Both the position numbers and the translations under genes were made by a program. Below the pieces are notes generated by a model. That model made no database searches. It had not been told where the DNA came from and saw only the letters and a list, made by a program, of their open reading frames with translations. Positions 8,869-17,968 of a DNA stretch of 64,000 bases are shown one piece after another (the first letter of the stretch is position 1; every line of letters starts with the position of its first letter). Source of the stretch: Escherichia phage phT4A; the sequence record NC_055712.1; one strand, 5' to 3'.

Positions 8869-9155
8869 ACTTTAATCAATACCCCTTGAATACTTGCGTG
8901 TTCAATAAACCAACGCATATCTTTCTTTTTCTTTTCGGTTACGGTTTCAACTTCTTCCTTTCGAAAGAATCGGCTAAGACCACTTTGTTTAACTGGATTC
9001 ATCTTATCATGATATTCTTTGATAATCGAATTTTTATACTCGTTAGCATCGTCCGGAGATAGAAACAACAAAGGTGTTAACTCTCCTTCCTTAATGAAGG
9101 GAATTTTAAACCCGTCTTTATCCTTACTAACGACGATATAATATTTTGTAATCAT
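8865..9155 (-). CDS. hypothetical protein
   Basis: 96 aa ORF. Confidence 0.5.
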   Translation of the reverse strand: MITKYYIVVSKDKDGFKIPFIKEGELTPLLFLSPDDANEYKNSIIKEYHDKMNPVKQSGLSRFFRKEEVETVTEKKKKDMRWFIEHASIQGVLIKV

Positions 9156-9391
9156 TCTCGCCCCTCATAACAAACGTAGAATATTCCAACAAACCAAAAC
9201 ACTGATAGTATAATCAGTAAAAGTTTTCTTTCAACGCCATTTACGTGAAACACACACCAACCGAAAAGATATGTGATCATCGCGCAAACACCATAAGAAA
9301 GAACCCCAACAGCTACTAGCATCAAAAAGTGCCATTGATCGATACTATAAATATAATAAAGGAGATTATACATGATATCGACCGTAAGCAC
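9152..9391 (-). CDS. hypothetical membrane protein
   Basis: 79 aa, two hydrophobic segments; extended -10 (TGTATAAT) upstream. Confidence 0.4.
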   Translation of the reverse strand: MLTVDIMYNLLYYIYSIDQWHFLMLVAVGVLSYGVCAMITYLFGWCVFHVNGVERKLLLIILSVFWFVGIFYVCYEGRE

Positions 9392-9555
9392 AATAGTTGT
9401 TCATGCTCATTATACAACAACTCCCGTATTTGAAGGAGATATCTACACGTTCAAATACACTTTTCCTATCGAACAGATAGTTCAATTAATGAAAAATAGA
9501 CATCCTATCGGATGGATTACCCCAGCAACAAAACATCTACTAAGGAACACCATCG

Positions 9556-10215
9556 ATGGACTACCGTAAAATTTACACCAATCTTATAGAAAAAGCAAGA
9601 GATAGAACACTAAATTGTTACACAGAAAAGCATCATATCATCCCCCGATGTATGGGAGGTTGTGACGATCATGATAATTTAGTAGAACTTACCGCAGAAG
9701 AACATTATGTAGCCCATCAACTTCTTGTCAAGATGTATCCACACAATAATAAGTTGATATATGCTGCTAATATGATGTGCGTCAACGCAACACAGAGAAA
9801 TAATAAAGCATATGGATGGATCCGCAGAAAGTGGATATCTCAGATATCAAAAGACAGGACAGGGACAAAGGCAACAGAAGAACAACGCAAAAAGATGTCA
9901 GAATCCCATAGGGGAGACAAAAACTCTATGTATGGGTTACGCGGTGATAATCATCCTGCTTATGGTCAAAAACCCTGGAGAAATCAAATAACAATGAAAG
10001 GAAAGCATGAATGGAGGTATGCTGGGATTTTCTATGACTGGTATATTAACGATATTAAAGCTGGAATCTATAAAAGACAAGGACACAAGAGAATGCTACA
10101 AGAATTGCAAATTGCAACAATCTCCCGTGTTCCTAGAACATCAATCGAGTTATTCAAAAAGGGGTGGAACCCTTACGAAGATACCGATTGGGTTGAGTGG
10201 GCTAATAATCAATAG
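9556..10215 (+). CDS. freestanding HNH homing endonuclease (Mob-like), opposite to flanking genes
   Basis: HHIIPRCMGGCDDHDNLVELTAEEHYVAHQ HNH motif; paralog of 31484-32209. Confidence 0.8.
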   Translation: MDYRKIYTNLIEKARDRTLNCYTEKHHIIPRCMGGCDDHDNLVELTAEEHYVAHQLLVKMYPHNNKLIYAANMMCVNATQRNNKAYGWIRRKWISQISKDRTGTKATEEQRKKMSESHRGDKNSMYGLRGDNHPAYGQKPWRNQITMKGKHEWRYAGIFYDWYINDIKAGIYKRQGHKRMLQELQIATISRVPRTSIELFKKGWNPYEDTDWVEWANNQ

Positions 10216-10745
10216 CTGTTGGCCCAACGACGAAGATTTTCGGCTTGTTTAAGAGCGTACATCTTATAAATTGTTTCTGCATCCATACCCAATGCAATAA
10301 ACTTACATAGTACAAAGTGGAATTGGTCGATCATTTCAAACAGAACTTCTAAACGATCCTCTTCACTCAGATCCGCAAATTTAGTATTGCGCAATTCCTG
10401 GTGATTTGCTTTCCACGGTTTCCAAACACCGGATGCAGGTTTAACACCGCGAGACATTCCACCCAGAGCGGTATACAATTCGCGGGTTTCGTCGGCGATC
10501 GCGTCGTCTTGCAGTTTCAGCCAATCAAGGATTTCTCCGCAAGTTTCCAGATTATCAGGACGCGGAACCCAATGCAGGGTATCAGACAGGCTTTGTTGCG
10601 CATGGTTTTGTAAATCCAGCATGGATTGTAAAGGATCGCCATTACGGGCCAGAACCTTTTGATATTCGGAATCTACAAATTCCAGATCTTCCGGGTTAAC
10701 CAGGTGCGCACATGAATTAAATACAGGAGTTTTATCAGTAGTCAT
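10209..10745 (-). CDS. 56: dCTP pyrophosphatase (gp56, MazG-like)
   Basis: 178 aa; collinear with recalled T4 gp56 (CAHL, DPLQ.MLD.Q, FELVDIFHFVL-like). Confidence 0.85.
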   Translation of the reverse strand: MTTDKTPVFNSCAHLVNPEDLEFVDSEYQKVLARNGDPLQSMLDLQNHAQQSLSDTLHWVPRPDNLETCGEILDWLKLQDDAIADETRELYTALGGMSRGVKPASGVWKPWKANHQELRNTKFADLSEEDRLEVLFEMIDQFHFVLCKFIALGMDAETIYKMYALKQAENLRRWANSY

Positions 10746-10752
10746 ATCAATC

Positions 10753-11778
10753 TCATTTTTTCGGTGATTTGTCCCACGACTTAAATCGAAGTTTTGCCGT
10801 GAGTCCAGAAACAGTATTATCTTTCAAATACTGCATAATTTCAAGTTTAGTTGCGCCGTCCGTTTTTATCATTTCGTTGATATCTTTGGAAGGCCACGGG
10901 CATTTATCCCACATTACAACCTTTTCTCCAGCCTCAATCAATTTAAAGAGGCGGTGAGTAGTATCCGGATGACGTGCTTCATTGTCAAGAACCCAGACAC
11001 GCATATTTTTATACGGAACCTCAGAAAGTGCAAGCTGTCCACCAGTGATAGCGCCAGCATTATCAACAAACAGGCTATCTAATGGCCCCTCAAGAAGATA
11101 AACCGTTTTTAGCGGATCTATCGTATCCTGTCCGTAAATCTTGGTTGATTCTTCACAGGCTTTGATTGTGATATATTTCGACTTTGCCCCGTCGCGTAAA
11201 GCACGACCCTGGAAAGATTCAATTTTCCCTTTCTTATCGAAGATAGGGATCACTAATCTCGGTTCTGGTTTTGCGATCGGATAGGTATCCGGATTCACCG
11301 TATTAACCAGTTGTTGCCATTCGCGAGTAAACCACAACCGATCCCACTTGTCACGGGGGATACAACGATTCTGCACATATTTTATGATCGGATGTTCATC
11401 CGGCAAGGTATCTAACCTTTCGCAGAATTGAAGAGTAGGAATAAATTTCTTCTCTTCCTTCGGTTGTTCTGTATGCGTTGGCTTTAACGAATTGCGATCC
11501 TTAAACGATTCCATGAGATAATCACGGTAATCGTCTGGATAATATTCTTTCAGGAATACGCTAAACGGTACACCATAACCACAGTTAAAACAACCACAAT
11601 TCATATGATCACCCTTTTTAGAAGGGTAGATCCAAAATCGTTTTTTGTACTTGTCTTTCATTGAGTCGCCGCAAATAGGGCAACGCGCATTGATGCTTAA
11701 TGCCCCCGATTTACGAACGATTTCGCTTTGAGGCAGTGATCCCATGATTCGGGTTGCAAATTCTATATCAAGATACAT
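10753..11778 (-). CDS. 61: DNA primase (gp61)
   Basis: 341 aa; N-terminal zinc finger CPICGDS, TOPRIM-like core. Confidence 0.9.
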   Translation of the reverse strand: MYLDIEFATRIMGSLPQSEIVRKSGALSINARCPICGDSMKDKYKKRFWIYPSKKGDHMNCGCFNCGYGVPFSVFLKEYYPDDYRDYLMESFKDRNSLKPTHTEQPKEEKKFIPTLQFCERLDTLPDEHPIIKYVQNRCIPRDKWDRLWFTREWQQLVNTVNPDTYPIAKPEPRLVIPIFDKKGKIESFQGRALRDGAKSKYITIKACEESTKIYGQDTIDPLKTVYLLEGPLDSLFVDNAGAITGGQLALSEVPYKNMRVWVLDNEARHPDTTHRLFKLIEAGEKVVMWDKCPWPSKDINEMIKTDGATKLEIMQYLKDNTVSGLTAKLRFKSWDKSPKK

Positions 11779-11781
11779 TTC

Positions 11782-12042
11782 TTACCTCAGTTGACTATCT
11801 TTAGATCCTCGTCGATTATACCCCGCGCTGATCATTTCGTCATGTTCTTTTTGGCATTCAATACAATAACGGCAACCCTTCACGATAGCCCTACGTTTTT
11901 CGGGTATCGGATCCCCACAATCAAAACAATGCGTTAATGATTCTCCGTTTCTGATTTGAGAACGTGCAAAATCTATCGCATTGTCTATTGTTGCCTGAAT
12001 GGTATCTTGAACACCGTCAGCAGGGCCAAATCCAACCGCCAT
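11782..12042 (-). CDS. DksA/TraR-type C4 zinc-finger protein
   Basis: CFDCGDPIPEKRRAIVKGCRYCIECQ. Confidence 0.65.
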   Translation of the reverse strand: MAVGFGPADGVQDTIQATIDNAIDFARSQIRNGESLTHCFDCGDPIPEKRRAIVKGCRYCIECQKEHDEMISAGYNRRGSKDSQLR

Positions 12043-12097
12043 TGTAAATCCTCCTAATCAAATGATTTCAATATCATAGACTAAGAGGATTTTTCTG

Positions 12098-12316
12098 TCA
12101 AGAACTTACTTGCTTTTCTGTTCCGTCAAGCATTAACTTCCAACCACGAAATGCCTGTTTAAACGAATAATTTATTGCAATATCAATTTTATCAGAACCT
12201 TTTCGACGATTCTGATAAACGGTCGCGTTGTCACTCATATACATGATACAAATTGGAAACCATGTATAATCGTTAGCAGTAGCCCAGATAGTGATATTCA
12301 GCGGAGGAATTATCAT
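12098..12316 (-). CDS. hypothetical protein
   Basis: 72 aa ORF. Confidence 0.4.
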   Translation of the reverse strand: MIIPPLNITIWATANDYTWFPICIMYMSDNATVYQNRRKGSDKIDIAINYSFKQAFRGWKLMLDGTEKQVSS

Positions 12317-12801
12317 TTCTTTTTCCTTTTCCCTGCACGGGTAACGCCTAATACTTTCGGCCCGATGTTGGTTACTGCTCCAGTAGTCACACCAGAAGCA
12401 ATCTTTTCTGTATCGCCGCCAGAATCACCCGCGACCATATCCTCTAACATGCGCCCCTTATCATAATATTCTTTGAGGCGTGGAACGTTCAACATGATTT
12501 CTTCATGCTCTTGTTCTGTCAGATTGTAGCGATTGCGTAGGGTATCATATGAACTGGTTAAGTTCATAAACCCACTCATATACGGAACAGCATTCATTCT
12601 ACGCTTGATATGGCGTACTGAACGATGAAAAGGAGAATACGCTTCTAACTCTTCTTTTGTTTTGGGGTTGCGAATTACTTCGCCTTGTCCATCAAGGATC
12701 CCCAGCTTGTAAGCAGTCCATTCAGTCCAGGGCTTTTTGAGTAGCCGGATCATCCGGACGCTATATGTTAAATCCATATTTTTAACTAATTGATCACTCA
12801 T
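12313..12801 (-). CDS. hypothetical protein (basic C-terminus)
   Basis: 162 aa ORF. Confidence 0.5.
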   Translation of the reverse strand: MSDQLVKNMDLTYSVRMIRLLKKPWTEWTAYKLGILDGQGEVIRNPKTKEELEAYSPFHRSVRHIKRRMNAVPYMSGFMNLTSSYDTLRNRYNLTEQEHEEIMLNVPRLKEYYDKGRMLEDMVAGDSGGDTEKIASGVTTGAVTNIGPKVLGVTRAGKRKKK

Positions 12802-12806
12802 GATTA

Positions 12807-13583
12807 TTACTCTATTGTGAAAGTGAATAAATCAGATTTGGTTTCAGGTTCAAACTCCATACAAACAACCTCGCATAGTGGTTTAACCCCTTTCCAATCC
12901 TCCAGGTAATACCCAGTATCTATACCGCATCCAGGATTCATAACGAGGCCAGTTTCATCAAGAAACTTTTTGCATTTACTTGATGTGGTGCTGTCATCTT
13001 GTCGGAAACAGTGTGTTTTCGAATACCGGAAATTTGCAGACATTTGAGGGATTATGAAAGTTCCCTGACGTGCGATCTGTGATGCACGTTCGATTACTTT
13101 ATACTCAAATTCTGCCCCTGTATACTTACCCTTAAAATCAGAGGTTTTGATTTTACCAAAAGGCGGGTTACTGATCGCCATATCAAACACCTGATTAAAT
13201 TCAGTTGTTAAGGCGTCTCCATGCACCCAGGAGGCTTCTGGTACGATACGCTTACCTAACTCATAGTATGTGTGATTTAACTCAACACAGACGATTTCAC
13301 GCGGCGTATTGTACATCATGTAATGAACCATAGCGAAAGATAACCCACCGATACCAGCACACAGGTCAATAACACTTCCACCTGTGCAAGCATCGATTGT
13401 GAAATCGCGAGCAAGTCCAATAGGGGTAAAGAACGCCCCTAATTCAGAATTGTTTGTAAACGCGCCTTCATGAAAGTTTTCAATAATGAACAACTTCTCT
13501 TCGTAAGTTAGCGCTTTGTCAGAGTGAACCAGATCCATTATCTGATTGTGTTTCTTGGTTTCCGCTTTCGTTAACTTTGCCAT
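12807..13583 (-). CDS. putative N6-adenine-type (gamma-class-like) methyltransferase
   Basis: Motif order FFTP (X) -> VIDLCAGIGG (I) -> NPPFG (IV); start placed at MAKLTK (ATG 13583). Confidence 0.65.
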   Translation of the reverse strand: MAKLTKAETKKHNQIMDLVHSDKALTYEEKLFIIENFHEGAFTNNSELGAFFTPIGLARDFTIDACTGGSVIDLCAGIGGLSFAMVHYMMYNTPREIVCVELNHTYYELGKRIVPEASWVHGDALTTEFNQVFDMAISNPPFGKIKTSDFKGKYTGAEFEYKVIERASQIARQGTFIIPQMSANFRYSKTHCFRQDDSTTSSKCKKFLDETGLVMNPGCGIDTGYYLEDWKGVKPLCEVVCMEFEPETKSDLFTFTIE

Positions 13584-13911
13584 TTTCCCAGCTATACAAT
13601 AATGTTGATTCATTCGGATAGAATTCCCATCCGTCCACGTATCCGGTTTCCCAGTCAGTAGTTTGTTCAAAACCACAGATCCATTCATACACGCCAGGAG
13701 GCATTTCGACAGAATCAGGAAGCCCGATATCTTCCGCGCTCCGTCCACATTCAAAGAATGCATCATGAATGAATGGTCGAGATAATACCGTAACATAACC
13801 TTCATCGTCAACAGCTACGATCCAGCGGGAACTATGAGGACTATCGAACTTCGGTTCTTCTTCGTCTGCGTCAGCTTTTATTTCAGCCTTACAAAAATCT
13901 AAATTCATCAT
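13519..13911 (-). CDS. hypothetical acidic Trp-rich protein (overlaps methyltransferase 5' end)
   Basis: 130 aa ORF, protein-like composition. Confidence 0.5.
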   Translation of the reverse strand: MMNLDFCKAEIKADADEEEPKFDSPHSSRWIVAVDDEGYVTVLSRPFIHDAFFECGRSAEDIGLPDSVEMPPGVYEWICGFEQTTDWETGYVDGWEFYPNESTLLYSWENGKVNESGNQETQSDNGSGSL

Positions 13912-14195
13912 TTCAAACCCTCTTTAACACCCTCTTTCATAGCTTTCCAGGTAGAACCTGCTTCACCATTCAGGGCGGCAAATACAAATAATAAGATAGC
14001 AAGGACAAGATTCACGCCAGCAATCACCATGATTTTGCTATACACGAAAATGTAAGGCATTGCCACCACCCACCAACTAAAAGAATTACCAGTTACGATG
14101 TTGAGTGCTGCAAGTAAGAAAGTGATAACGAATGCGATTTTCATAATGTCCTCCTTTGTTATGATTAAGGTATCATCTTTTTTGAAAGAATGCAA
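13908..14195 (-). CDS. small membrane protein (2 TM)
   Basis: 95 aa, two hydrophobic helices. Confidence 0.5.
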   Translation of the reverse strand: MHSFKKDDTLIITKEDIMKIAFVITFLLAALNIVTGNSFSWWVVAMPYIFVYSKIMVIAGVNLVLAILLFVFAALNGEAGSTWKAMKEGVKEGLK

Positions 14196-14205
14196 TACCT
14201 ATAGA

Positions 14206-14232
14206 TACAAAAAAGCCCCGAAAGGGGCTTAA
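14206..14232 (-). terminator. terminator hairpin AAGCCCCTTTCGGGGCTT plus U-run (minus sense)
   Basis: GC stem followed by T-run downstream of gene 14237-14491. Confidence 0.5.
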
Positions 14233-14236
14233 TTTT

Positions 14237-14491
14237 TTATGCGTTATTGATGAGATACCGAAGAACGTTTTTCGCTTGTTCCTCATTACAACCAACTTTG
14301 AAACCAGGTTCGATAGGGAGGAAGTTCCAGAGGAAATCAACACTTCCTTCAACGTCATCTTTGCCTTTTTCCAGCATCGCTAACAGCAAACCTTTGTTTT
14401 TGATGCTGTTTACGATTGCGTCAAAATAACCATCGCTGAAATCAACATTCGGGTTCAGCATTTCGTTGTAAGGGTTGTTGAATACGTTCAT
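14237..14491 (-). CDS. hypothetical protein
   Basis: 84 aa; SD AGGAG. Confidence 0.55.
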   Translation of the reverse strand: MNVFNNPYNEMLNPNVDFSDGYFDAIVNSIKNKGLLLAMLEKGKDDVEGSVDFLWNFLPIEPGFKVGCNEEQAKNVLRYLINNA

Positions 14492-14535
14492 TTTGAATCT
14501 CCTTTGTTTAACTCAGTATCTTGTCTACGTGAGTT

Positions 14536-14563
14536 ATATTACCACAATGGAGATTCAGGTCAA
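14536..14563 (-). promoter_or_regulatory. sigma70-like early promoter (TTGACC -16- TAATAT)
   Basis: Canonical -35/-10 hexamers with 16-nt spacer upstream of gene 14237-14491. Confidence 0.5.
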
Positions 14564-14570
14564 TACCTTT

Positions 14571-14840
14571 TTACGATTTTTTGAAAAGTTTTTCGTATTT
14601 GGCTTTTACCCAGCGATACATATCTTCGGCCTTGTCACTGGCAAGCAGTGAGAACAGCAGATAGATCGCAGCACCCACCAACACAACGCCTACTACAATG
14701 TAGACGGGTAAGAGAACTGGGAAGAGAACCCAGAACCATGACATTTGCGAGAAGCCAAACACTTTAGCGGCTGCAAAAATCAGAGTTAGTCCAGTCAGCA
14801 GTTTGATAGCCGGAATAGGAATCGTTATAGTCTTAGTCAT
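14571..14840 (-). CDS. small membrane protein (2 TM)
   Basis: 89 aa, two TM segments. Confidence 0.5.
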   Translation of the reverse strand: MTKTITIPIPAIKLLTGLTLIFAAAKVFGFSQMSWFWVLFPVLLPVYIVVGVVLVGAAIYLLFSLLASDKAEDMYRWVKAKYEKLFKKS

Positions 14841-14883
14841 TTCATTACCTTACATTCTTTATGGGGCTATTCGCCCCAGTCAA

Positions 14884-16320
14884 TTAAAATTGAATGTCAG
14901 ATTTTGCAATCTGTGCCATTTTATCACGTCGGGTAGATTCAGCCTGTTTAATCATCGGGCCTTGTGTCTGTTCTACTGTTTTAGGCATAGTGTTGCCGTG
15001 GTAGTCAGATTTAAACCCGTATTCGCTGTTGTCGGTATCCATCCAGCGCTGATTACCCTTTCGAACTTCCAACTTGAACTTGTTGAAAGTGTTCTTATCG
15101 CCATAACGGGATTTGATTTGCTTGAACAGTTGCATACCCTGATCAGCTAACTCTTCCGTCTCGATTACAGCTAACATAAAATCAGCCGTAGCAGGTAAAC
15201 CAGCGGATTCCGCAACATCACCCATACTCACATCCGAACTATCCCATGCAGAACGCCCAACCTGTGCGCCTGTCCACATTACGGTATTAGTTTCAACAGC
15301 AAGACCGCGTAGTTCTTCGGCAATTGCTTTAACCAGAATATAGGTATTCTCAGCACCTTTAACACGGGTTGAAGTACAGATCCCCAGGTAATCGACAATG
15401 ATCACATCCGGAACAAACTGTTTCTTCAATTTAAGCTCTTTCACAAGCGCTCTAAAGTGGTTTGCACCTGCACCCGATGTAGGGTACTGCTTGACCACCA
15501 AACGCCCAACCTTACCCGCTTTAAGGCGCTCCATTTTGTTCTTATAGTCTGCGTATGTAATGTTCCCTTCGTCGATGTCATCCATAGTCACATCAAGAAG
15601 GTTAGCATCGATACGCTTAGAGCAAACATGCTCTGCCATTTCCATAGAAATGTAAAGAACGTTTTTACCCTGTTGCAGATAATCAGCCGCAAGAGAACAT
15701 AAGCCCAGTGATTTACCAACGTTAACACCAGCCATGATGATATTCAGTGTACCACGTTCCGCGCCGCCTTTGGTGATTGCGTTCAGGATCGGGATACCAA
15801 ACGGAATTTTCATCGCCTTCGATTGGTAAAGCATCCACCGTTTTTCATAATCTTCGAAATAGTCATGACCTACCGAACTATCGAATGAAATTGCTAATGC
15901 TTCCTCCATGATTTCAGGGATAGCCCCAACACCAGGAAGTTTCTTGTTCTGTTCTGCCAGTGGTTTTTCTGCGTTCGCCTGGATTTCGATTGCACGAGAA
16001 AGAGCACGATACATTGCTTTGTCTTTGCAATATGTTTCCGTTTCCTTCATTAGCCAATCTAAATCTTCTGGCGCATTTTTCAGCGACTGAATCGCCTTTT
16101 TCGTGTCTTCGTAGACTACATCACTTAGATTTCGTTTGTCAAGCGCAACCTCTAAAGCAGTTTTTGACGGAATGCCGTTGAATTCCTGTACATGTTTATC
16201 AATGAGGTCAAACAAAACTTGTGCATTGCCTTCAAAATATTCCTTTTTCAGATGAGGCCATGCTTGGACAAAATACGTCCCGTTATAAATCAGGTTAGAA
16301 AATATTGTATCAACGATCAT
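14884..16320 (-). CDS. 41: replicative DNA helicase (gp41, DnaB-like)
   Basis: 478 aa; Walker A GVNVGKS; RecA-like fold motifs. Confidence 0.9.
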   Translation of the reverse strand: MIVDTIFSNLIYNGTYFVQAWPHLKKEYFEGNAQVLFDLIDKHVQEFNGIPSKTALEVALDKRNLSDVVYEDTKKAIQSLKNAPEDLDWLMKETETYCKDKAMYRALSRAIEIQANAEKPLAEQNKKLPGVGAIPEIMEEALAISFDSSVGHDYFEDYEKRWMLYQSKAMKIPFGIPILNAITKGGAERGTLNIIMAGVNVGKSLGLCSLAADYLQQGKNVLYISMEMAEHVCSKRIDANLLDVTMDDIDEGNITYADYKNKMERLKAGKVGRLVVKQYPTSGAGANHFRALVKELKLKKQFVPDVIIVDYLGICTSTRVKGAENTYILVKAIAEELRGLAVETNTVMWTGAQVGRSAWDSSDVSMGDVAESAGLPATADFMLAVIETEELADQGMQLFKQIKSRYGDKNTFNKFKLEVRKGNQRWMDTDNSEYGFKSDYHGNTMPKTVEQTQGPMIKQAESTRRDKMAQIAKSDIQF

Positions 16321-16329
16321 TGTATTGCC

Positions 16330-16650
16330 TTATACCAGGTTGCTGAACATCATGAAAAAGTTGTAAACCTTTTGTTTGAATACATCCCATAATGTCAGCT
16401 TAGGCTTTGGGACAACTGAACCCTTTTCAAGCTCTTTAATCTGTGCATAAATTGCATCATGCACCAGCGGGATCAACGCTTCTTTGTCTTCGTCTGGGGT
16501 ACTGAATTCTACTTTCAGCCCATGATCCCAAAACACCTTATGAATATAAACCAGATGCGCAACACCTTTTTCATCGTTAATCAGAAGTTCCTGAATAACA
16601 TCTTTCATCGCTTCATCAATATAATTCTTTGCTTTGCTCTCGATATCCAT
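16330..16650 (-). CDS. hypothetical protein (occupies the T4 gene-40 position)
   Basis: 106 aa between gp41 and UvsX. Confidence 0.45.
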   Translation of the reverse strand: MDIESKAKNYIDEAMKDVIQELLINDEKGVAHLVYIHKVFWDHGLKVEFSTPDEDKEALIPLVHDAIYAQIKELEKGSVVPKPKLTLWDVFKQKVYNFFMMFSNLV

Positions 16651-16687
16651 ACATTGCCTCGGTTATGGGGCCGAAGCCCCATAGTTT

Positions 16688-17845
16688 TTATAAAATTTCG
16701 TCGTTTTCTTCGATATCATCAAATGATTCTGGGATATCGTCATCATCCAGATCAGGATCTGGGATGCTATCAGTGCTGTATAAATCTTCCAGCGCGGAAC
16801 CATCACTGATTTCACGATCTGGGATCTTATACTTTTCTTCGATAGCTTTCAAGAATGGTTGATGAGTAAACAGAGGACGCCAGAATTCAACGCTATTTGT
16901 TTCTGACTCACGCCATTTCTTTTCTTCAACTTCGAGTTCGCCAGTCTCGGTATTCAGGAAAGCGCGGTTGCGCCAGCCTTTGGTTACGGTCTGTACAAAG
17001 TTCATTTCCATTGCCAGATCCAAAAGGCCAGAATACATACTAATACCGCCTTCATAGGTAACATGCAGCGGGAATTTTGATTTCTCTTTCACGAATCGAG
17101 ATTTTTCGATATTCATGATGAAATCATAACCTACCACCTCAGTACCTTCTTTCACCTGTTGTTTACCCAGGATGATCGCAGTATCAGCGGAATACATTAA
17201 ACCAGTACCACCAGAAATAACTTTCTTGCTGTACATTTCTTGTGTGTCATAGGTATGACAGATACAAACCATCGGGATATCCAGGTCAGCCAGATAAGGC
17301 GTAACCATACGGAACATACCTTTTAATGCTTTTGCTCGCGTCATATCCTGTTTATCGTTATCAGAAAGCGCGTCAGCAAGTTCTTTTTTACTTGCCGTGT
17401 TGCCTACTGAGTCAACGAATACAATCACCTTATCACCGCGTTCAAGCGCGTTAAGCTGGCTTACAACGTCATTACGCAACTGCTCGACCGTCGTGATACG
17501 AGTATACACAACACGATCCGGATCAACACCCATTGATTTCAGATAGGATTTAGTAACACCTTTTTCTGAATCGTAGAACAGGCACACAGCATCTTCATAC
17601 GTTTTGAGATACGCCGCTACAGTAAGCAAACCTAAGTTGGATTTGAAGTGTTTGGACGGGCCAGCGAAAAGGGTAAGACCAGAAGTTAGGCCACCGTTAA
17701 ACGCACCGGACAACGCCAGATTCAGAATCGGCACACGGGTTCGCGTGATGGTAATATTGTTGAATACGTCGCTTTCAGAAAGTACAGATGCAGTTTGGCT
17801 ATTCGAGTTTTTGATCAGTTTTTTTAGTAGTGCTTTGTTTGACAT
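16688..17845 (-). CDS. uvsX: UvsX recombinase (RecA-like)
   Basis: 385 aa; GPSKHFKS Walker A; collinear with recalled T4 UvsX; acidic C-tail. Confidence 0.9.
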   Translation of the reverse strand: MSNKALLKKLIKNSNSQTASVLSESDVFNNITITRTRVPILNLALSGAFNGGLTSGLTLFAGPSKHFKSNLGLLTVAAYLKTYEDAVCLFYDSEKGVTKSYLKSMGVDPDRVVYTRITTVEQLRNDVVSQLNALERGDKVIVFVDSVGNTASKKELADALSDNDKQDMTRAKALKGMFRMVTPYLADLDIPMVCICHTYDTQEMYSKKVISGGTGLMYSADTAIILGKQQVKEGTEVVGYDFIMNIEKSRFVKEKSKFPLHVTYEGGISMYSGLLDLAMEMNFVQTVTKGWRNRAFLNTETGELEVEEKKWRESETNSVEFWRPLFTHQPFLKAIEEKYKIPDREISDGSALEDLYSTDSIPDPDLDDDDIPESFDDIEENDEIL

Positions 17846-17868
17846 TTAATTTTTCCGATTTATTCATT

Positions 17869-17968
17869 NNNNNNNNNNNNNNNNNNNNNNNNNNNNNNNN
17901 NNNNNNNNNNNNNNNNNNNNNNNNNNNNNNNNNNNNNNNNNNNNNNNNNNNNNNNNNNNNNNNNNNNN
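17869..17968. other. assembly gap (100 N), true length unknown
   Basis: Run of N; polymerase C-terminus (roughly 110 aa by comparison with T4 gp43) is missing. Confidence 0.9.

Noticed and set aside
9372-9569. 65-aa plus-strand ORF upstream of the HNH endonuclease
   Set aside because: No SD, overlaps the promoter region of the divergent minus-strand gene; kept as unlikely.
13584-13811. N-terminal 76-codon extension of the methyltransferase ORF
   Set aside because: Sequence looks non-protein-like and is out-of-frame overlap of the upstream acidic ORF; a start at ATG 13583 (or 13538) is more plausible.
17799-17868. C-terminal 22 codons of the track's 822-aa polymerase ORF (reading through the N-run)
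   Set aside because: The frame is only open because N is translated as X; this segment overlaps the uvsX start in another frame and the real polymerase C-terminus is missing in the gap.
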